Origin: Paraspadella gotoi
Taxonomy: Eukaryota > Animalia > Chaetognatha
Direction: 5' to 3'
DNA length: 64,000 nt
Assembly: GCA_051294375.1 (NCBI GenBank)
Contig: CM119268.1
Span: 21,502,672 to 21,566,671 of the forward strand
Shown here: one piece after another, positions 50,155 to 61,928 of the stretch
Position numbering within the stretch: position 1 is the first letter of the stretch
Layout: every line of letters starts with the position of its first letter
Made by a program: the position numbers and the translations under genes
Notes under the pieces: model-generated
Seen by the model: only the letters and a program-made list of their open reading frames with translations
What the model was told of the DNA's origin: nothing
Database searches by the model: none

Positions 50155-53100
50155 TTTACTTTTGCAAAAGTTTTTGATAGTCTGTCAAACACTGATGAAG
50201 GCTCGAACAAGAGTCGAAACATGTCTGTTTATATTAAATAAAAAATCGTTGTAGTATAAACTCTAAACTTTGTTTTCGCTAAAATATTAATTTATAAAAA
50301 AAAAATTTTATTACCCCTTTTTTGTGTAGCCCAAAGGTCCGGAAACGTATCCCGGGACATCTCATTCTTGTGCACTCGGTGCCGATTAAATCGATGGAAG
50401 AAGGAACCGTGTATTATATAAGGGTAGTACTATATATAAAATAAGCTGACTGGGCTACTATATAAAAAATAACTACAGATTAGTATTCACTAAAATGATA
50501 GTTTTCAGGATAGAACTGCTAAATTTTGATTCCAAACTTTCACTTCACCCTAATGTACAGTTTCATGTTTAAAATGTATGTATTATAATGATAAATAAAT
50601 AAAATAAATATAAACAACCATATTACTGCAGCTTTAAATATTTAGGAGCCAAAGGAATGAGTATATCAATAATGAGGAACTACAGATACTAATCGAGCTG
50701 CAGGTTTGTTGTTTTGTTTTATTTTGTTTAGTTGATTTTTAGTTGCCCCCTGAGTACTCGCGGCACAACTCTGTAAGACCCTAAGTTGTGATTATTCAAA
50801 TAGCGATGTCGCGATTCACAAATGAGTCGCAGTGGTGGTTGGCGACTTTGCCATGGCGATATCGCCTGGGCCCTGGCGATGTCGCCAGTGATAAAAGTAG
50901 CGAATATGATCAAAGGCGCGAGTTAGAGGAGAGGCTTGCGGCTGACGTTGAGGCACTGGGATGAACCGCAGACCCTGGTTAGGGTTGGGGAAGAGGTCCG
51001 CGGGTGATGCTAGGGTTAGAGTTTTGGCTGGGCATAAGACAGACGCCTTGGGCTCCGTGGCCCTAACCCTAAACCTATATGGTGAACTAAAATCAACCAA
51101 CTGTTCATCAGCTCAGGGAATGCTTATATTAAACGCTTCTGTCACTAACACATAACTATAAATACTGTCTCTTCACCTAATACATTCCCATGGCTCGCAA
51201 CATCACCTGTCTTATGCCAAGCCAAAACCCTAACCCTAGCGTCACCCCCGGGCCTCTCCTTAAACTAACTCGGGCCTGCCATACATCTCTGTGCCTCAGC
51301 CCTAATCCTAACCTGGGCCATCGACTTCGCCATGACGACCTCGCCATTTGGTAATATAGCTCTGAACTACATCTAGTTTTTAGTCGGATCTGCTTATCAG
51401 ACTCTATAATTCACTTTGTTGGTCCGTCGGTCTACCCCCTCAATCATGTCAGAACATCGAATTATGATAAATTATGCCCAAAAAAACGATGTCTGTCCTT
51501 CCATCTGTCTGTTCCACCTTAGCAAAAAATACCAATTACTTGTGATTGGATGGATGGATTGGAATGAAATTTTGTGTGTGGGTAGGGAAGTTTGTGATTG
51601 AGCTGGATATGAAGTTTTGATGGAATCGTATGAGTGGAAATGAGTTTAAATGGGAAAAAAAATTTCACTATTTGAACATTTACTCATGAGTGGACGGGGC
51701 GATTGAGTTGAAATTTTGTATTTGGATAGAAAAGTGTGTGATTAAACTGGAAATCAAGTTTCAATGGAATTAAATAATTAACTTGAATAAATTAATTATT
51801 AATTAAATAAATAATTAATTAACTTGAATTAAATAATTAATTAACTTGAATTAATTATTAATTAATTATAAATTAATTAATTACCGATAAGATCGTGGGC
51901 AGATCCGACATTGTTTGCTCAAACTTGTTTAGTTATGGCGATTTCGCCTAAACAAAACTCGGAGTAGAGTTAGGTTTAAGGTAGTTTAGGGTTAGGGTTG
52001 AGTTGGTTTGGTTTAGGGTTAGGGTTGAGTTGGTATTAGCTATTTATATTTAATTAAAGTTTTGTCATAAATAGAAAACTGAAGCTATATTTTATTTTTA
52101 AGANNNNNNNNNNNNNNNNNNNNNNNNNAAGAGAGAGATCATTTAGTGATGCTTGTGCGTAAACCTTTTTTCGCTTAAAAAAAGCTTAGGAGGCGTTAGG
52201 GGAGGGCGAAATCCGACAGCGATCCGGGTATAAAAAGTAAGAGGCGAACGCCAAACCGGGAGCGGGGGGGCAACATGGAGGCGGGGAGTGGAGGCGGGGC
52301 ATATTCATCGCCTCCAGCTCCCTGGTTTTTTATGATTATTTAGTTAGGCGATAATCATTTGCAATTTTTTCAAACTTTTTTCGTTATGGCCATTGGTCAA
52401 TAACATTTTGAGCACGAACTTTTTTCATTGAATTGCCTTCGTCAGTTGAACATAATCTGACGCTCTTACACATTTCACCTTTAAAGGTTGATGTATGGGA
52501 CGCTTGGGTGATGGCAAGAATGCGCTTGATGATTACATTCGTATTAGTTGGTTTCCTGTACACTGAGGTTTCAATTTTCCATCGTCTTTCTAGATATAAG
52601 GACATCAAGGAAGGCAGTTGACCATTCTTTCTAGCTCTTTTGAATTTCATGCGTGGGTGCACAGAATTAAGAGCCTCCTTAAAATCCTCACAAGGGGTCA
52701 GTGTATGTTGACTCGCTTCGGAGGCCTCTGCGTGAAGGTCGGTTGTCTTGAATGATGGAAAATGTATCATCCATAGTGACACGAGGAAGCGAGTAGTGTC
52801 TGGCCTTTGTCTCCATAGTTTTCAGCGCCGTTTTCATGGTATAATCCATCCATATCTGACTGATGGTTACCATGAGGGCAGAGGCCAATAGGACCACTGT
52901 CTTCAGCGGTGTAATGCCGGTCATTGTATATGAAATCAGACCTTTCCACGCAGAGTTTTGATGAGGTCTACAATTTCATTGGGGTAAGCTTAGTGCGTTT
53001 ATATAGATCAGAGTCTGTTTCTAATTCGTTTCTAATAACTTCAATTACAATCGAGAATAGGGACAGATGGGAACAAGGCCGCTGCATCCATACTGCCTGT

Positions 53101-56100
53101 AATTTCATTATTTTTTAATTTTAACCCCTTGATTTCTTTGACCAAACTCGACAGAATTTTTGCACGTGAGAGGCATTTTTCAATTATCGGTTGTATTAGC
53201 TTATTCAAATAGGCTGCTAGATTCTCTTGTGGCGCGTTTACGTGCGAAGTTATATTTCGAGCTGGATAATTCTTCTCAGGTTTGTGTGCCTTTATAGCGA
53301 CCGTGACAGCAGGGGTTGTTGAGCCAGATGGATAATTTTTTTATAGAGTTCATTATCGATTTTTCCATTATTCTTTAGTTCTCTGAGATGACGTTGGATT
53401 TTGCTCTCATAGGCAATTGTCCAGTTCGGCGTATCTTCGGTCGTATTTTGAAACTGGTCCTTGACTTTTTGAACGAGGTCTTCTCTTTGCCTTTCTTTTA
53501 TTTCTTCAAATTATAATATATTATACTCTTTTTCTATCAAGTGTTGCCTTTTCTGAACCCGAGTTCAGGCTCTTTCTCTGTACGATCTCTTGCGTGATGT
53601 TCGTTTTGATAAATTCTGATATTTTTTCTTTCTAAAAAAAAAATTCTGCTCAGGCGTGATCTGAATCGTTAAAAACGAGTTCAGGCTTTTCTCTCTGTCT
53701 CTTCCATCTCTCTCTATCTCTCTCCATCTCTCTCCGTCTCTCTCTCTGTGTGTCTGTTTCTCTCTTTACGATCTCTTGCGTGACCCTTCGTTTTTTGAAA
53801 CTTGATTTCAGCTTATCACACACTTTCCTACCCACATACAAAATTTCAGGTCAATCGCCCCTTACACTCATTACAATTGGTGTTCAAATAGTGAAATGTA
53901 TTTTTTTGTTTTTTCCATTTAAACTCATTTCCACTTGGGCGATTCCATCGAAAACTTAATATCCAGCTAAATCAAATACTTCCCACCCACATACAAAATT
54001 TTTATTCCAATCCATCCATCCAATCACGAGTAATTGGTGTTTTTTGCTTAGGTGGGATGGACGGACAGACAGATGGACCAACAGACAGACAGACGGATGG
54101 ACGGAAATCATTTTTTTTGCATAATTTATCATAATTTAATTCTGACATTATATATGTGAAAGCCCAACAAGATTGAGGGGGCGACCGACGGACCGACAAA
54201 ATGAATTATAGAGTCGGGATCTGCTGATAAGCAGATCCGACTAAAAAACGACATTTTTTAAGAATTGATAAATTATTCTCCGAATAAAAAACCGTAATAA
54301 AAAAAAAAAAGGGTAATAAACAGAACTGACCTTTTAACATTACTGCAACTTGTTCATATGATTCATATATTAATTGGGTGCTCAGAACTTTGAGCAATTT
54401 CATCTCTTTGTCATTCGGTTATTTATTTTTTTTATTTATGATTACAAATAATTGTTTTAATTAATTAATTAATTTGAATTAATTAATTATTTAAATAATT
54501 AACTTGAATTTAGTTAATTCAATTACCCGCATACTTCCGATCGTCGGGGCAGATGCCGACATTGTTTTGCTCAAACTTGTAGAATAATAAAATATTTATA
54601 TACTAAAAGGTTGCGGTCGTTCTTTAATGGTTTTGCAACAGATGCTGAAAAGGTTAATACATATACTGCCGGCTGCATAATCCAGCGTCCAACAAGCAGG
54701 TTATGTCGCCACGATGGCAACTGCAAGGAATGTACTGGACCAAGGATATGTATATTAGAACCAAACAGTAAAAATGAATTGGACAAAAAAACTCATGAAG
54801 GTTTATCTAATTCTAAAAATTTTTGTTCTGAAAAGAAGAGAAAAAATATATTAAGAAATTAGACAATCAAAATAAATTCAATGTAAAAGATAATAACTTA
54901 CAGAAAAAATATTTTTAGTCAGATCTGCTTATCAGCAGATCCCGACTTTATAATTCACTTTGTCGGTCCGTCGGTCCGCCCCCTCAATATTGTCGGGCAC
55001 TAACTTATATCATGTCAGAACATCGAATTATGATAAATTATGCAAAAAAAATGATGTCCGTCCGTCTGCCCGTCCGTCCGTCCGTCCATCCATCCGTCCG
55101 TCCGTCCCACCTTAGAAAAAAACACCAATTATTCGTGATTGGATGTATGGATTGGAATGAAATTTTGTGTGTGGGTGGCGAAGTGTGTGATTGAGCTGTA
55201 TATGAAGTTTCGATGGAATNNNNNNNNNNNNNNNNNNNNNNNNNATGAATAAGGGTGAAAAACTGAAATCACAATGACCAAATAATTACCATCTTTTTTG
55301 ATCTCACCCTTTAATATCAAACTTTTTTATTTTAAAAAATGATTATCTCATCTTTATTACAACGAAGGAAGTAGTCTCTTCGGAGGCGTGGGTTTGAATC
55401 CCACCGCTGCCACCACAACGAAGGAAGTAGCGTAGTTTATTAAGGAGAAATAGGAGTTGTATTGACATAAAAACACGTTGGGATGATGATAGTTAACATA
55501 CAAAAATATTAGATTATGCAGAGAAAAGGCAGGCAATAAACAATATAACAAATAGTCCATAAGGTTTGATGTTAGTTTCTTGAAGGTAAGTTGAAGAGTG
55601 ATCCAGTTCCTTCTCTCGTTTCTCTGCCGTCGGTTTCCTGAGGGAAGTCTCCTCTTCTGATTGGTCTATCAGAAGAAAAGACGAAGAAGCCAAGAGAGGC
55701 AAGCCACTTGATAATCCATTCTCTACGTTGATTACATAGCATAGTTAAATTTTCTATGAGTTAAAAATAGAGTAAGACATGATTTCTTCAGTTATTATCA
55801 ATGTAAATCTCATTCACTACCTAATTTGATAAAAAATATTAAAACAATTTTTATGGTACAAAGAACTTTTAACGATCAAATTGCTCATTTACGGATTTTA
55901 TTGATACAAACTCTTCAGGCAATCATAAATAAACAAGTTTGAGCAAACAATGTCGGATCTGCCTACGATAATTAATTAATTAATTAATCGATTAATTAAT
56001 TAATTAATTTTAATAATTAATTATAATTTATATTCAGCTTGTCATCATCGATGTCCTTAAAATTGAGTCAGGACAGTTATTAAATGTGTTTGTTACATTT

Positions 56101-59100
56101 CATCAAAACAAAAAAAAATTATTTCATGTCTCCTTCCTCTCTCTCTCTCTCTCACTCTCTCTCTCTCTCACTCTCTCTCTTTCTCTCTCTCTCACTCTCT
56201 CTTTTTCTCTCTCTCTCTCTTTTTATGCAATTGCGACGATCCTTATGCTTTTAAGATTTTTTTAACTTGCATAATTTTTTCAACTTGCATAATTTTTTCA
56301 ACCTGCATTCCGTCAAAACTTTATATTAGCTTCTTCACTCACTTTCCTACGGCTCACAAAATTTCATCTCAATCTATCATGGGTTAAAATAATAAAAAAT
56401 TCAAGTAAATGTGACTCATATTTTTTTCATTTAAACTCATTTCCACTGGTACGTTTCCACCGAAACTATATATCAAGCTTCGTCACACATTTTCCTACCC
56501 ACACACAAAATTTCAACTCAATCTTCTATCTAATTAGAGTATTTATTGGTTAAAATAAGTAAAAAGATTTAGTAAATGCGACTTATGTTTTTTCAATTTA
56601 AACTAATTTCCATGAACACGATTCCATCAAAACTTTATATCCAGCTTTATCACACACTTTCCACCACAAAAAAAATTTAATTCCAATCCAACCAGCCAAT
56701 CACGAGTTATTGGAGCCTTTTGCTAAGGTGGGACGGATGGACGGATTGGTTAACTAATTAATTAATTATTGATTAATTTATTTACTAATTGATTAATTAA
56801 CTGATTAATTATTTGATTTATTATTACATCCTGCATATACATTTATTATAAAAGAAAAAGAAGCATAATCAATTAGTGAAACAGGTTTTTGTTTTTTCCA
56901 TTAAACTCATTTCCACTCAAACTATTCATCGAAACTTGATTTCCTGTTCAATCACACACTTTCCTACCCACATACAAAATTCCAGGTCAATCAGCCAATC
57001 CACTCATGAGCAATTGGTGTTCAAATAGTGAATATATTTTTTTTGTTTTTTCCATTTAAACTCATTTCCACTTGGACGATTCCATCGAAACTTCATATCC
57101 ACCTCAATCACACATTCCTTATCCACACACAAAATTTTATTCAAATCCATCCATCCAATCACGAGTAATTGGTGTTTTTTGCTAAGGTTGGACGGACGGA
57201 GGACGGACGGACGGACGGACGGACGGACGGATATCATATTTTTGCATAATTTATCATAATTCGATGTCCTGACATGATACAAGTTAGTGCCACAATATTG
57301 AGGGGGCGGACCGATGGACCGACAAAGTGAATTATAGAGTCGGGATCTGCTGATAAGCAGATCCGACTAAAAAAGATTCAAGAAAATGTAAATTATGTTT
57401 TTTCCATTTTAACTCATTTCCACAGGCACAATTCCGTCAAAACTTTATATCTAGCTTCTTCACACACTTTCCTTTTCAATCTATTAATTAATTATGATTA
57501 ATTCGAGTAATTATGGTAAAATAGTAACATTGCAACTAACAAGATCGTGAAAACAAAAAGATTCAAATAAATGTGACTCATATTTTTTTTATTTAACTCA
57601 TTTTCACTCGTACGTTTCCACCAAAACTTGTATCAAGCTTCGTCACACTTTCCTACCCACAAACAAAATTTCAACTAAATCTATTCATCCAATTATGATT
57701 AAATAGAGAATTTATTGGTTAAAATAAGTAAAAAGATTTAGTAAATGCAACTTATGTTTTTTCCATTTAAACTCATTTCCACTCATATGATTCATCGAAA
57801 CTTTATGTCCAGCTTCATCTCACACTGTCCTACCCTCACACAAAATTTCATTCCAATTCAACAAGCCAATCACGAGTTATTGGAGCTTTTTGCTAAGATG
57901 GAACGGATGGACGGATTGATTGACTAATTAATTAATTATTGAATAATTAATAGACTAATGTGATTAATTAACTGATTAATTATTTGATTTATTAATAAAT
58001 CCTTCATTTACATTTAATATAAAAGGAAAAAGAAGCATAATCAATTAGTGAAACAGGTTTTTGTTTTTTTCCATTTAAACTCATTTCCACTCAAACGATT
58101 CCATCGAAACTTGATTTCCAGCTCAATCACACACTTTCCTACGCAAATACAAAATTTCAAGTCAATCGCCCCATCCACTCTTGAGTAATTGGTGTTCAAA
58201 TAGTGAAATTTATTTTTTTTTTTTTTTTCCATTTAAACTCATTTCCACTCGGACGATTCCATCGAAACTTCATATACAGCTCAATCACACACTTCGCCAC
58301 CACACACAAAATTTCATTCCAATCCATACATCCAATCACGAATAATTGGTGTTTTTTTCTAAGGTGGGACGGACGGACGGATGGATGGACGGACGGACGG
58401 ACGGGCAGACGGACGACATCATTTTTTTTGCATAATTATAATAATTCGATGTTCTGACATGAATAATATAAGTTAGTGCCCGACAATATTGAGGGGCGGA
58501 CCGACGGACCGACAAAGTGAATTATAAAGTCGGGATCTGCTGATAAGCAGATCTGACTAAAAATATTTTTTTCTGTAAATTATTATCTTTTACATTGAAT
58601 TTATTTTGATTGTCTAATTTCTTAATATATTTTTCCCTTCTTTTCAGAACAAAAATTTTTAGAATTAGATAAACCTTCATGAGTTTTTTTGTCCAATTCA
58701 TTTTTACTGTTTGGTTCTAATATACATATCCTGGTCCATACATCCTATGCATGCATCGGAATAACTTCTTTTGACCTGGATGCATCATATATGTATTAAC
58801 CTTTTCAGCATCTTGCAAAACCATTAAAGAACGACCGCAACCTTTTTAGTTATAATAAATATTTTATTATTCAACAAGTTTCAGCAAACAATGTCGGATC
58901 TGCCCACGATCATTATTGGTATTAATTAATAATTAACTAATTCAAGTTAATTATTTAAATAATTAATTAATTCAATTAATTAATTAATTAAAACAATTAT
59001 TTGTAATCATAAATAATAAAGATTCAAGTAAATGTGACTTTTGTTTTTTCCATTTAAACTCATTTTTTTCATAATTTTCATATTACATTTGGATTCAAAT

Positions 59101-61081
59101 ATTTTTTGTTTTAATTTCCACTTCATTATGATTTACTGCAATATTCAAATGAGATTATAGTACTCCATTATAATATCCAAATTTGTATATAGAAGTACTT
59201 TAATCTAATTTACATATTGCAGTAAATAATATTGAAGATTAAATTCATAAAAATCTTTGAATCTATAATAAACATGTGAAATCAAAAGACCTTTTTAATG
59301 AGAAGCTATATCTTAATTTAATACAAATAAAAAATAATCCTTTACAAGCTATGATTGGAAAAATTGTAACAATTTCCAATTGTTTTTGCCTTTCTTTTAT
59401 TTCTTCAAATTATATATATTATACTCTCTTTTTCTATCAGGTGTTGCCTTTTCTGAACCCGAGTTCAGGCTTTTTCTCTGTACGATCTCTTGCGTGATTG
59501 TTTGTTTTTTGATAAATCTGATTATTTTTTTCTTTCTAAAAAAAAAATTTTTGTTCAGGCGCTGAATTGAATCGTTTAAAAACGATTTTTTTTGCACAAT
59601 TTATCATAATTTAATATTCTGACATTATATATGTGAAAGCCCAACAAAATTGAGGGGCGGACCGACGGACCGACAAAATGAATTATAGAGTCGGGATCTG
59701 CTGATAAGCCGATCCGACTAAAAAACGACATTTTTTAAGAATTGATAAATTATTCTCCGAATAAAAAACCGTAATAAAAAAAATAAAAAGGTAATAAACA
59801 GAACTGACCTTTTAACATTACTGCAACTTGTTCATATGATTCATATATTAATTGGGTGCTCAGAACTTTGAGCAAATTCATCTCTTTGTCATTCGGATTC
59901 TGTTTTTTTTTCTTAAAAATAAAATATAGCTTCAGTTTTCTATTTATGACTAAACTTTAATTAAATATAAATAGATAATACCAACTCAACCCTAACCCTA
60001 AACCAAACCAACTCAACCTAACCCTAAACTACCTTAAACCTAACTCTACTCCGAGTTTTGTTAGGCGAAATCGCCATAACTAAACAAGTTTGAGCAAACA
60101 ATGTCGGATCTGCCACGATCTTATTAATATATATTAATTTTTATAATTAATTAATTAATAATTAATTCAAGTTAATTAATTATTTAATTCAAGTTAATTA
60201 ATTATTATTTAATTAATAATTAATTTATTCAAGTTAATTATTTAATTCCATTGAAACTGATTTCCAGTTTAATCACACACTTTTCTATCCAAATACAAAA
60301 TTTCAACTCAATCGCACCATCCACTCATGAATAAATGTTCAAATAGTGAAATTTTTTTTTCCATTAAACTCATTTCCACTCACACGATTCCATCAAAACT
60401 TCATATCCAGCTCAATCACACACTTCCTACCCACACACAAAATTTCATTCCAATCCATTCATCCAATCACAAGTAATTGGTATTTTTTGCTAAGGTGGAA
60501 CAGACGGATGGAAGGACGGACATCGTTTTTTGGGCATAATTTATCATAATTCGATGTTCTGACTATGAGTTCCTAAGAATCTTGTTTTATTTAAACTGAA
60601 AGTGCTTACTTATATGACATTTAAGATTTAATTTAAGTATTGTTTTTAAAAATTTCTTTATATTTTGTAATATTTTTGTAATCAAAACATAAAAACTACA
60701 ATTTTTACTGAAGAAAAAGTTCTAACTCTGCAAATAGTAGAAAATGATGATAAAAAGTTAACCAAAAATATTTATTTTAGCCATTGATATTACAAAAAGT
60801 GGATTACTTCCAGCTTATGTGGCCCGCATTAAAAGACCTGCTTTACAACTCAGATGGTGGAAAAATCATAACTTTCCTTGTGTAAGTTTTTTCAACTAAA
60901 AAACATATTTTTATGAAAAATTTATATTATGCATAAATTTAAAATCCTCATGAAAAATTAATTTCTTATTTATTCAAGGGTGTTGGTGATCTTATTTTAC
61001 CAAGTAATACTTCTTGCTTGTGTCTTCCATTTGTGAAAGGGACATGTACTTTAGGTATCTTTGAACTTCTACGCTTTGAAG
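43432..61081 (+). CDS. PDE10-like paralogue 2 (N-terminus and GAF-A), exon order disturbed by assembly
   Basis: Exons 43432-43487, 43528-43675, 45488-45643 (FPLNIRMLQYFSYRHPKLF vs FPMNIDMMEFFMKRQPNCF), 50646-50703 (58 bp in both genes), KKKQ..LLKVLSTQLIYESYEQVAVMLK exon seen only inverted (59911-59809, partial 54418-54331; acceptor on plus at 52101), 54610-54800 (cleaner inverted copy 58841-58675: GCGRSLMVLQDAEKVNTY vs GFARSLMILHDSKKVNTY), 60781-60881, 60979-61081 (TSCLCLPF..FELLRFE). Confidence 0.75.
44900..45232 (-). mobile_element. Degenerate HINE-like fragment
   Basis: gaccgatggaccgacaaagtgaattataga..gagatctgctg core and GACA/GACG repeat. Confidence 0.6.
46839..46878 (-). ncRNA. Minimal type I hammerhead ribozyme in a 104-bp insertion (46791-46894)
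   Basis: Minus strand gca-CUGAUGA-a-ggcuu(gaauga)aaguc-GAA-ACUAGU-A^ugc; palindromic stem III; 13-bp TSD aatagtttatttg; empty site in the opposite TIR near 49815. Confidence 0.82.
47596..48900 (+). pseudogene. C-terminal remnant of a Transib/Chapaev/RAG1-core-like DDE transposase, two exons (47596-47778, 48535-~48900)
   Basis: FPTLHILLGVVNK (then a frameshift) ...WPNKLYLMRDHYHNKSFQ | GNECKKLLDN ... SITTKVHLVFEHLEE..GIGLAVLNESTAESIHADF; parallels RAG1/Transib LH, GNxxRKL, HKxLxH and terminal catalytic Glu motifs; gtaagt...aag intron. Confidence 0.72.
48124..48428. mobile_element. ~305-bp MITE in the transposase intron
   Basis: ~64-bp imperfect TIRs: tgattaaaaacgtcgaatttgggttcaagtgcag...tttcgatc and gatcgaaat...ctgcacttgaacccaaatgcaacatttttaatca. 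Confidence 0.75.
50187..50230 (+). ncRNA. Minimal type I hammerhead ribozyme in a 297-bp Penelope pLTR-like insertion (49986-50282)
   Basis: aaaca-CUGAUGA-a-ggcuc(gaacaa)gaguc-GAA-ACAUGU-C^uguuu; 13-bp TSD aatattaatttat; ~45-bp inverted repeat 50032-50076 vs 50240-50284; empty site in the opposite TIR near 46620. Confidence 0.88.
50793..51356. mobile_element. MITE-like element with repeated GGCGA..TCGCC motifs and TAGGGT/ACCCTA units; second copy ~62686-62905
   Basis: Imperfect TIR tattcaaatagcgatgtcg / cgacctcgccatttggtaata; ~190 bp shared with the 62.7-kb copy. Confidence 0.6.
51078..51175 (+). mobile_element. 98-bp solo LTR of TRIM family A with the tRNA module deleted
   Basis: TATGGTGAACTAAAATC...ctgtctcttCA flanked by TSD CCTA; deletion joins ttcatcAGC to AGCtcaggga. 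Confidence 0.85.
51377..51930 (+). mobile_element. DINE-1/HINE-like element; inverted duplicate at ~60082-60563
   Basis: ttttagtcggatctgcttatcag ... gatcgtgggcagatccgacattgtttgctcaaacttgttt. Confidence 0.8.
52384..53500 (-). pseudogene. Frameshifted Penelope-like element reverse transcriptase fragment
   Basis: Across frames: KAHKPEKNYPARNITSH, SMDAAALFPSVP, LYKRTKLTP, FIYNDRHY...GPIG, MDDTFSII, FKEALNSVHPRMKF, NGQLP, IETSVYRKPTNT; these match PLE RT core and thumb motifs. Confidence 0.88.
53795..54248 (-). mobile_element. HINE-like element, 5' portion
   Basis: Ends gagtcgggatctgctgataagcagatccgactaaaaaa; GACG/GACA microsatellite. Confidence 0.75.
55373..55415 (+). pseudogene. 3' half of mature tRNA-Leu including CCA, between 16-bp direct repeats
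   Basis: AGTCTCTTCGGAGGCGTGGGTTTGAATCCCACCGCTGCCA-CCA; acaacgaaggaagtag at 55359-55374 and 55415-55430. Confidence 0.85.
55931..57374 (-). mobile_element. Long DINE-1/HINE-like element with internal tandem subrepeats; a second tandem copy extends to 58563
   Basis: Both diagnostic ends present; (GGAC)n; repeated ~120-bp core tttaaactcatttccact...cacacactttcctacccacacacaaaatttca. Confidence 0.78.
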
Positions 61082-61228
61082 GTTAAAATATTTTTTATTA
61101 GAAACTTGCCACATTGATCTTTTTTTTTTCTTAATTATAACAGAATATACCCCGTGAGCCAAATCCACTGACTCAAAAGTAAAAGTTTATGATACCTGAC
61201 CTACCAATCATTAAGATAGATTTTACCT

Positions 61229-61928
61229 TGAAGAGACAGGTATGTATTGATAAGTGTTAACGACGAAGCCGTCATAGCAATGATAAGAGCAGTCGCGCTG
61301 AGCTTGGATCAGGCTGTAACACATGTTACAGGCGGTAAAGCGCGCCCGTCCCTCTTAACTGGGCCAGACGACCACGACGAGGGCTAGAAAGCGCCGACTT
61401 TGGTTGGGAGGCGAATGAAGCTTGCTCCGGCCAATGGCGCGCTGATGAACGGTTTGGTGGAGTTTTAGTCCACCTACATCGCCGCCCGCTCTCCGTAGGG
61501 AGAAGTTTTCTGTTGCGTGCTCTTCAGTGAATTGTTTGTTGGTGGAAAGTTCGTCACCGAGTTGAGGGCATGTCGCCGTGATGTGTTGGTTGGCGGAAAG
61601 TGCATCGCCAGGTTGAGGCATGTCGCCCTGAAAAGTGTTGTTGTTGCTGTTGTGTTCGGAAAGTCTGGCTCACCAATGAAGAGACAGTAATTATTGATAA
61701 GTGTTAAACAGTACAGAACGCGTTTCATATATAAAGCGTCCCTGAGCTTCGGATAAGGCTGTAACGCCATGTTCAGGCGGGTTAGCGCCCGTCCGGCCCT
61801 TAAACTGCGCAGACGACCACCGGGCTAGAACCCCGGACCGTTTGTTGGGAGGGCGAATGACTTGCTCGGCGGCAGCCGAATGGCCTGCTGATGGACCACC
61901 GGGTTGGTGGATTTTAGTCGCAGCCATA
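61229..61928 (-). mobile_element. Full-length TRIM family A copy in noisy sequence
   Basis: Two LTRs, PBS complement ggctcacca at ~61667-61675, same internal region; flanks acct / acc(g)t. Confidence 0.8.

Larger units (their letters stand above)
46491..50411 (+). mobile_element. Transib/Chapaev-like DNA transposon (internally deleted) with ~1.1-kb terminal inverted repeats
   Basis: Termini CACTGTTCC...GGAACCGTG; arms 46491-~47565 and ~49169-50411 are reverse complements; flanks catta/tatta (4 of 5 match); encloses a transposase remnant. Confidence 0.8.

Noticed and set aside
61144-61228. Next exon of PDE paralogue 2 disrupted by the TRIM
   Set aside because: It starts in phase as EY like paralogue 1 but quickly hits stops in noisy sequence; cannot be supported
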